From Octopus bimaculoides (lineage: Eukaryota), in NCBI RefSeq assembly GCF_001194135.2, contig NC_068985.1, positions 27,150,868 through 27,214,867 on the forward strand: a stretch of 64,000 nt of DNA, in the 5' to 3' direction. The notes below the pieces were generated by a model. That model was not told the DNA's origin and did no database searches. It was given only the letters and a program-made list of their open reading frames with translations. The translations under genes and the position numbers were made by a program. This document shows positions 58,095 to 64,000 of the stretch, piece after piece (position 1 is the first letter of the stretch; each line of letters starts with the position of its first letter).

Positions 58095-58536
58095 CTCTCA
58101 TTTACTTGTTTCAGTCATTTGACTGCGGCCATGCCGGAGCACCGCCTTACTCGAACAAACTGACCCAGGACTTATTCTTTGTAAGCCTAGTACTTATTCT
58201 ATCGGTCTCTTTTGCCGAACCGCTAAGTTACGGGGACGTAAACACACCAGTATCGGTTGTCAAGCGATATTGGGGTGGGGACACACACACAAACACAGAC
58301 ATATATATATATATATACATATATACGATGGGCTTCTTTCAGTTTCTGTCTACCAAATCCACTCACAAGGCTTTGGTCGGCCCGAGGCTATAGTAGAAGA
58401 CACTTGCCCANNNNNNNNNNGCTTTGGTCGGCCCGAGGCTATAGTAGAAGACACTTGCCCAAGGTGCCACGCAGTGGGACTGAACCCAGAACCATGTGGT
58501 TGGGAAGCAAGCTACTTACCACACAGCCACTCCTGT
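58095..58536 (-). mobile_element. Young tRNA-SINE family 1 (contains a 10-N gap with duplicated flanks)
   Basis: CpG-rich reverse complement of the family 1 consensus. Confidence 0.88.
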
Positions 58537-58579
58537 CAAAGTATACTTTGACATGCTAACAATTCTGCCAGCTCACTAC

Positions 58580-58582
<3 letters not shown>

Positions 58583-58627
<45 letters not shown>

Positions 58628-58645
58628 AATAATAATAATAATAAC
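58583..58645. repeat. (GAT)15 followed by (AAT)n
   Basis: Directly visible. Confidence 0.95.
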
Positions 58646-58812
58646 ATAACTCAAATATGTAAAATGCATTGGTTTGAGTAATAGTTGTTTATCTCTACAC
58701 ATATCTACTTAGAAGGTCTACAATAACAAGAAAGAACAAATGATAAAGAGATGACTAATTACTTTGTATACCATGAGTAATTAACAAAGCATAAAAGAAA
58801 ACAAAAACTAGT

Positions 58813-59310
58813 TGGTGACGTCACCAGTGAGATACAAACAATAACATTGTAACCATCACCGCACTGGCAGTTGTAGGTGACAACGCACATACACATGCAC
58901 GCACGCATGCATACACACACACATGCATGCGCACGCACATGTATAAACACAGGCAGATCAATTTACATAATACTGGTTGCCTAGCAACAGGGGGGGGGGC
59001 TCTCGAATCACATGTTTATGGTATAAACAAACCAAGATATGTTAGGTAAGTGAAATATAATTAAATGTAAAAGAAATTGTGCTATAGGTTACACAGCTGT
59101 TCTAGTTATGTAATATATAGTTACATTAGTTACAGCTGAAAAGTATTTATATATCCAGGGTTCTTTAATATTTACACTATTGTTATCTACATTCTGAATT
59201 TTGCAGTGCTTCACTGTAAGAACAGGAGGGGGAAAGCCAGCCTAAGGTTTTTAAGGTACAGGCAACTAATAGAGTGGCGGGGGGAGGGAGGGGTTTAGGC
59301 AGAGGCGGTT
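58813..59310. promoter_or_regulatory. Candidate promoter or enhancer: palindromic CRE, RFX X-box and G-rich boxes
   Basis: TGGTGACGTCACCA at 58813-58826, GTTGCCTAGCAAC at 58976-58988 and GGCGGGGGGAGGGAGGGG near 59277-59294. Function is not demonstrated. Confidence 0.45.
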
Positions 59311-60359
59311 GTGGTTATTTCTGTACTGTTGGTTACTACAGCAATATAACAGCTTTCAGAATAAGTATACTTTATTACTGAAATACTGAAGAAAAAGGAG
59401 TAGTGGTGGTGGTGGATCGAGGTGGGGGGGGGGAAACCAAAATACAGGCCTTCCAATTAAACAGAGAGAAAAGAAGGCATTCTTCAGTGAAATACAAGAA
59501 GGTTCTGACAGATGTATTTAGATTAAAAAAANNNNNNNNNNNNNNNNNNNNNNNNNNNNNNNNNNNNNNNNNNNNNNNNNNNNNNNNNNNNNNNNNNNNN
59601 NNNNNNNNNNNNNNNNNNNNNNNNNNNNNNNNNNNNNNNNNNNNNNNNNNNNNNNNNNNNNNNNNNNNNNNNNNNNNNNNNNNNNNNNNNNNNNNNNNNN
59701 NNNNNNNNNNNNNNNNNNNNNNNNNNNNNNNNNNNNNNNNNNNNNNNNNNNNNNNNNNNNNNNNNNNNNNNNNNNNNNNNNNNNNNNNNNNNNNNNNNNN
59801 NNNNNNNNNNNNNNNNNNNNNNNNNNNNNNNNNNNNNNNNNNNNNNNNNNNNNNNNNNNNNNNNNNNNNNNNNNNNNNNNNNNNNNNNNNNNNNNNNNNN
59901 NNNNNNNNNNNNNNNNNNNNNNNNNNNNNNNNNNNNNNNNNNNNNNNNNNNNNNNNNNNNNNNNNNNNNNNNNNNNNNNNNNNNNNNNNNNNNNNNNNNN
60001 NNNNNNNNNNNNNNNNNNNNNNNNNNNNNNNNNNNNNNNNNNNNNNNNNNNNNNNNNNNNNNNNNNNNNNNNNNNNNNNNNNNNNNNNNNNNNNNNNNNN
60101 NNNNNNNNNNNNNNNNNNNNNNNNNNNNNNNCTACAATTGTGCTGAATCAAAGTATCATTAATCACCGATCTGTTTGCCAAAAGAGAAACAGACACTGAT
60201 TTAACAAATCTCCAGAATAATTTCAAGAAAATGCAAGTCCCATATCAGAGAGTCCGTGTACAACAAACAGATTTAAGTGTAATTTCCTGAGAAAAATTCT
60301 TCATAAACGCATACATTCTCAAAATATAAACTACTCTCAAACAAGTATCTAACAATATT

Positions 60360-60540
60360 CTTTTTACTCTAGGTACAAGGCCTGAAATTTTTGGGGAGGA
60401 GGCCAGTCGATTAGGTCGACCCCAGTATGCAACTGGTACTTAATTTATCAACCTTGAAAGGATGAAAAGCAAAGTTGACCTTGGCGGAATTTGAACTCAG
60501 ATGGTAGCGACGGGTGAAATACTGCTAAGTATTTCATTCT
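60360..60540 (-). mobile_element. tRNA-SINE family 2, 5'-truncated
   Basis: TACTCTAGGTACAAGGCCTGAAATT...GGCGGAATTTGAACTCAG. Confidence 0.8.
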
Positions 60541-61299
60541 TAATTGACTTCAGAAAGATGAAAATCAAAGTTGATGATCTTGGTGGGGTTTTTATCCAGA
60601 AAGCAGAGTCAGAAGAGAAAGACCATGAGACATTCTATCTGCCTCTTTCATGACTACCAATGGGTTACTCATCTTCCACAAGGCAAAGACATCTCAGTTG
60701 ATGTTAAAAACCCAACTTGACTGAAGGTTTTTTATATTACAGTAAACAGATTAATACACAACACAAGTGAGTAAAAGTGATATTACAACAGAAGTAGCCT
60801 CATCATCATCATCATCTTCATCATTTAATGTCTGTTTTTCAGTGCTGGCATGGGTTGGATCCAGCAAGCTGTAGGGCTACACCAATCTCCAGTGTCAGCT
60901 TTGACAAGGTTTCTATGGCTGGATGCCCTTCATAATGCAAACCACTTCACAGAGTGTACAGGGTACCTTTTCTTGTGCCACAGGCACCAGTAAGGTTGCT
61001 GAGTAACTTGGAAGACAGAAAAAAGAGAGAGAGAAAAAAAAAGGGCAAAAAGGAAAAGGCTACATAATAGTAAATATATGTAATACAGGATACATAATAG
61101 TAAATATTTTCAAATGGTTTCACAACAACACACAACACTTTAGTAACAAGATTCAAGTCTATGATGTTTATTCTATTCCAGGTTGAAGTGATTTTGCTTC
61201 ATTTTTGATGCTAATGTTCTTGAGAAAGGCAGGAATTGTATGTACAGTACTCCATTTTATCTGTTCTATCACAAATCAGTTATAAATGTTCAAATCATC

Positions 61300-61700
61300 A
61301 TCGTAATACATCTATCCATCTTCCATGCTGACAGAAGCTGGCAAACCAGAGAATTGCACCAAACTCCATTGTCTGTTTTGGCATGGTTTTTGCAGCTGGA
61401 TGCCTTTCCTAAGGCCAACCACTTTACAGAATGAACTGGGTGTTTTTTATGTGACATCTAACAAGTATATAAATGTTTTATGTACTTGAATTGTATTAAT
61501 TAAAGCTTATATGATGATGGTGCCATGTAAAAAGCACCCTGTACACTCTGTAAAGTGGTTGGCATAGGAAGGGCATCCAGCTATAGAAACCAAGCCAAAA
61601 CAGACTATGGAACCTAGTGCAGCCACTGGCCTTGCCAGTTTCTGTCAAGTAGTCCAACCCATGCCAGCATGGAAAACAGATGTTAAATGTTGATATGAAC
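61300..61700. mobile_element. Inverted pair of family 3 copies (61300-61457 minus; 61516-61700 plus)
   Basis: Arms 61365-61457 and 61519-61611 are about 83% complementary by manual alignment. Confidence 0.8.
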
Positions 61701-61934
61701 AAATGAGGGAGCTGCTACATTTCTACATAAGAAATCAATATTCATAATTGGAAGAAGAGACAGAGTACAGGATTAAATGCATTGTTCTAGGTTCAAGTGT
61801 AGATAGGAGTTTGTATCACTTTTCAATGCTCTGGAATTAATGAAAAGTGTAACATTAATACATTGAGGCTGATTCACATGATTATGCCATTTTCTTTGTT
61901 TTTAACATATCTATTATTATTTTTATTATTATTA

Positions 61935-62385
61935 TTATTAAAGTGGCAAGTTGGCAGAGTCATTAGCACACCAGACAAACTACTTAGCAGCATTTCATCT
62001 GTCTTTACGTACTGAGTTCAATTTCTGCTGAGGTTACTTTTGCCTTTCATCTACTTAGGGTCAATAAAATAAGTACAGGTTGAGCACTGGGGTTAAAGCA
62101 ATTGACTAACCTTTTCCCACCAAATTTTATGCCATGTGCTTAGAGTAGAAAGGATTATTATTATTAAGGAGGTAAGCTGGCAGAATCATTAGCGCAGAGG
62201 ACAAAATGCTTTGCAATATTTCTTTTGGCTTCGTGTTCTGAGTTCAAATGTAGCCAAGGTTGAATTTGTCTTTCATTCTTTCAGTGTTGATAAAATAAGT
62301 AGCAGTTGAGCCTTGGAGTTGATGTAATCAACTAGACCCTCTCCCCAACAAAATATCAGGCTTTGTGTATAAAGATTATTATTTC
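61935..62385 (+). mobile_element. Two tandem tRNA-SINE family 2 copies separated and flanked by (ATT)n
   Basis: Heads TGGCAAGTTGGCAGAGTCATTAGC (61944) and GGTAAGCTGGCAGAATCATTAGC (62171). Tails AGTAGAAAGGATTATTATT and AAAGATTATTATT. Confidence 0.8.
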
Positions 62386-63128
62386 ATTTTTTGCTTTTTG
62401 GCTTTGAGGTTGATTGGGGCTGATGGAGGGACCCCAGTATTTAAACTAGTAGGACTCAAGAAATTGGTTTCACATTTTACATAAAATGAAAACCAAGGAC
62501 ACACCTGAATGTTCTGAAACATGAATTTGGCTACAACAATTAAATAAAGAAGCTGTTTAAATAGTTTGCCTTTTTTAATTGAGGAAAAGTAAACAGATTC
62601 TGTAAGAAGTGTAAGTATGAAACTAAATACCTATTTAAAGTTTACTGACCAACTAACCAATTACTGTCAGTTTTATTCCATCAGTGCACCAGTTGATATT
62701 TAATTTAGCACTGGCTGCACTTCTCTACCACATGTTTCTACAACAGCAGTACAGCTGTTGGAATGTTGGTGGGGGACTGCAACAGATACCTTCTGAGTTG
62801 AGAGAGAGAGAGAGAGAGAGAGAGTATATATATCCTGTTTCTTTTTTTTTTAAACAGAACAGAAAAACACATTTAGTTTAGTATTCCTAGAAAGTGTTAA
62901 AGAAACTAAAACTTTCCTTTTATTTATTTATTTATAAGTTTGTTCACTTCTTCACTGTCAGCAACCATGAAAATTGCTAAGAACTCTTGATCTAACCAAA
63001 AGTTATAAAAATATGTCAACTATTCAGACCTAATGCATCAGTAAATAACTTAGCAGTTACATAGTAAGAGGAGTATAAATAGAAAGTGTCTCAGCACATA
63101 CCAGAAGGGAAACTTTCACTAAAGAAGA

Positions 63129-63253
<125 letters not shown>

Positions 63254-64000
63254 ATACAAATGTTTAGCAAGTGTGGATGAATGGAATATGACACAAGGCA
63301 GGCATTAATCAAGGCTGGTGGTAGAAGCAGAACAGTTTGAGACTGGCTTTCGCTAACTAGGCTATTTACAAAAATTCCTGGTTCTGTAGGCATTTCTACA
63401 TTACATATTGATAACTTCAATAAAGCAAAATTCATGAGGTATTCGAAGTAAAGACAAGTGTAATACTGCTAGAAGTATATTGCCAACAAATGCTGAAAAC
63501 CAAAAGATTTTGTGGAGAAACATTTTTAAAGAAGTTATTTCTGAATGCTTTGAAACAAGATCTACTGCCAATCAAGAACAGATTTCCAGTTATGATTCAT
63601 AAAAGGCAACCTGTAAGTTAAAAATCAGAAGTTGGATATTACATTCATTTCAAAATGATTCATAATATAAGAACTAAGTAAGATTATGAATGAAAGTTAT
63701 TAAGTGGAAGTCCATCTTATCATTTGGTTAGCAAAAAAAAAAAAAAAAAAAAAAGCAGGACTACAGCTATGCTGAAAATAATCTTCCGTTTGTGTGCATG
63801 CAACATGATGCTTAATAAACTAATGTAAATGAAATATAAATATGACGAAGAGAAGAAATGTGATAAGATTTCTAAATTACTTCAAAAACCAGGAAATATG
63901 CTTTATAAGAATCATATAGAAGAAAAAAAGAAAAGAAAAGAAAAAGAGTAAAATAAAAATAAGTTTTAAATGTTGTATCTCAGAAATAAAGGGAAATGGA

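Noticed and set aside
58371-58450. 40-bp direct repeat on both sides of a 10-N gap
   Set aside because: Typical unmerged contig overlap inside a SINE, i.e. an assembly artefact.
58768-58780. Minus-strand CATG|gtatac as a start-codon mini-exon
   Set aside because: It would join the 48356 acceptor in phase 0 and stop after a few codons (GTC AGC TGG TGA). The donor is weak.

Overview
AT-rich, repeat-dense animal genomic DNA with seven N-gaps. The SINE and RTE repeat families resemble those I recall from Octopus (inference). There are no prokaryotic features and no CRISPR. One host protein-coding gene spans most of the window on the minus strand: a DYRK1/minibrain dual-specificity kinase. I can place seven GT-AG exons with consistent phases (48064-48356, 37972-38166, 36140-36287, 18171-18317, 17000-17140, 16241-16523, 3000-3202). 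The exon carrying the catalytic HCDLKPEN and DFG motifs is absent from the called bases and probably lies in the 721-N gap at 20412-21132. The introns hold tRNA-derived SINEs, RTE, CR1 and R4/Dong-type LINE remnants, a deleted mariner, pogo- and piggyBac-type MITEs, and microsatellites. The best leads are: (1) three unannotated candidate cassette exons of 30, 54 and 78 nt, all multiples of 3, one of which could switch the kinase C-terminal tail; (2) a CRE plus RFX X-box promoter-like cluster near 58.8-59.3 kb; (3) a SINE family that stacks inside (TAA)n tracts; (4) inverted repeat pairs that could be ADAR substrates; (5) an E-box-dense minisatellite downstream of the gene. All of these are hypotheses from sequence inspection only.
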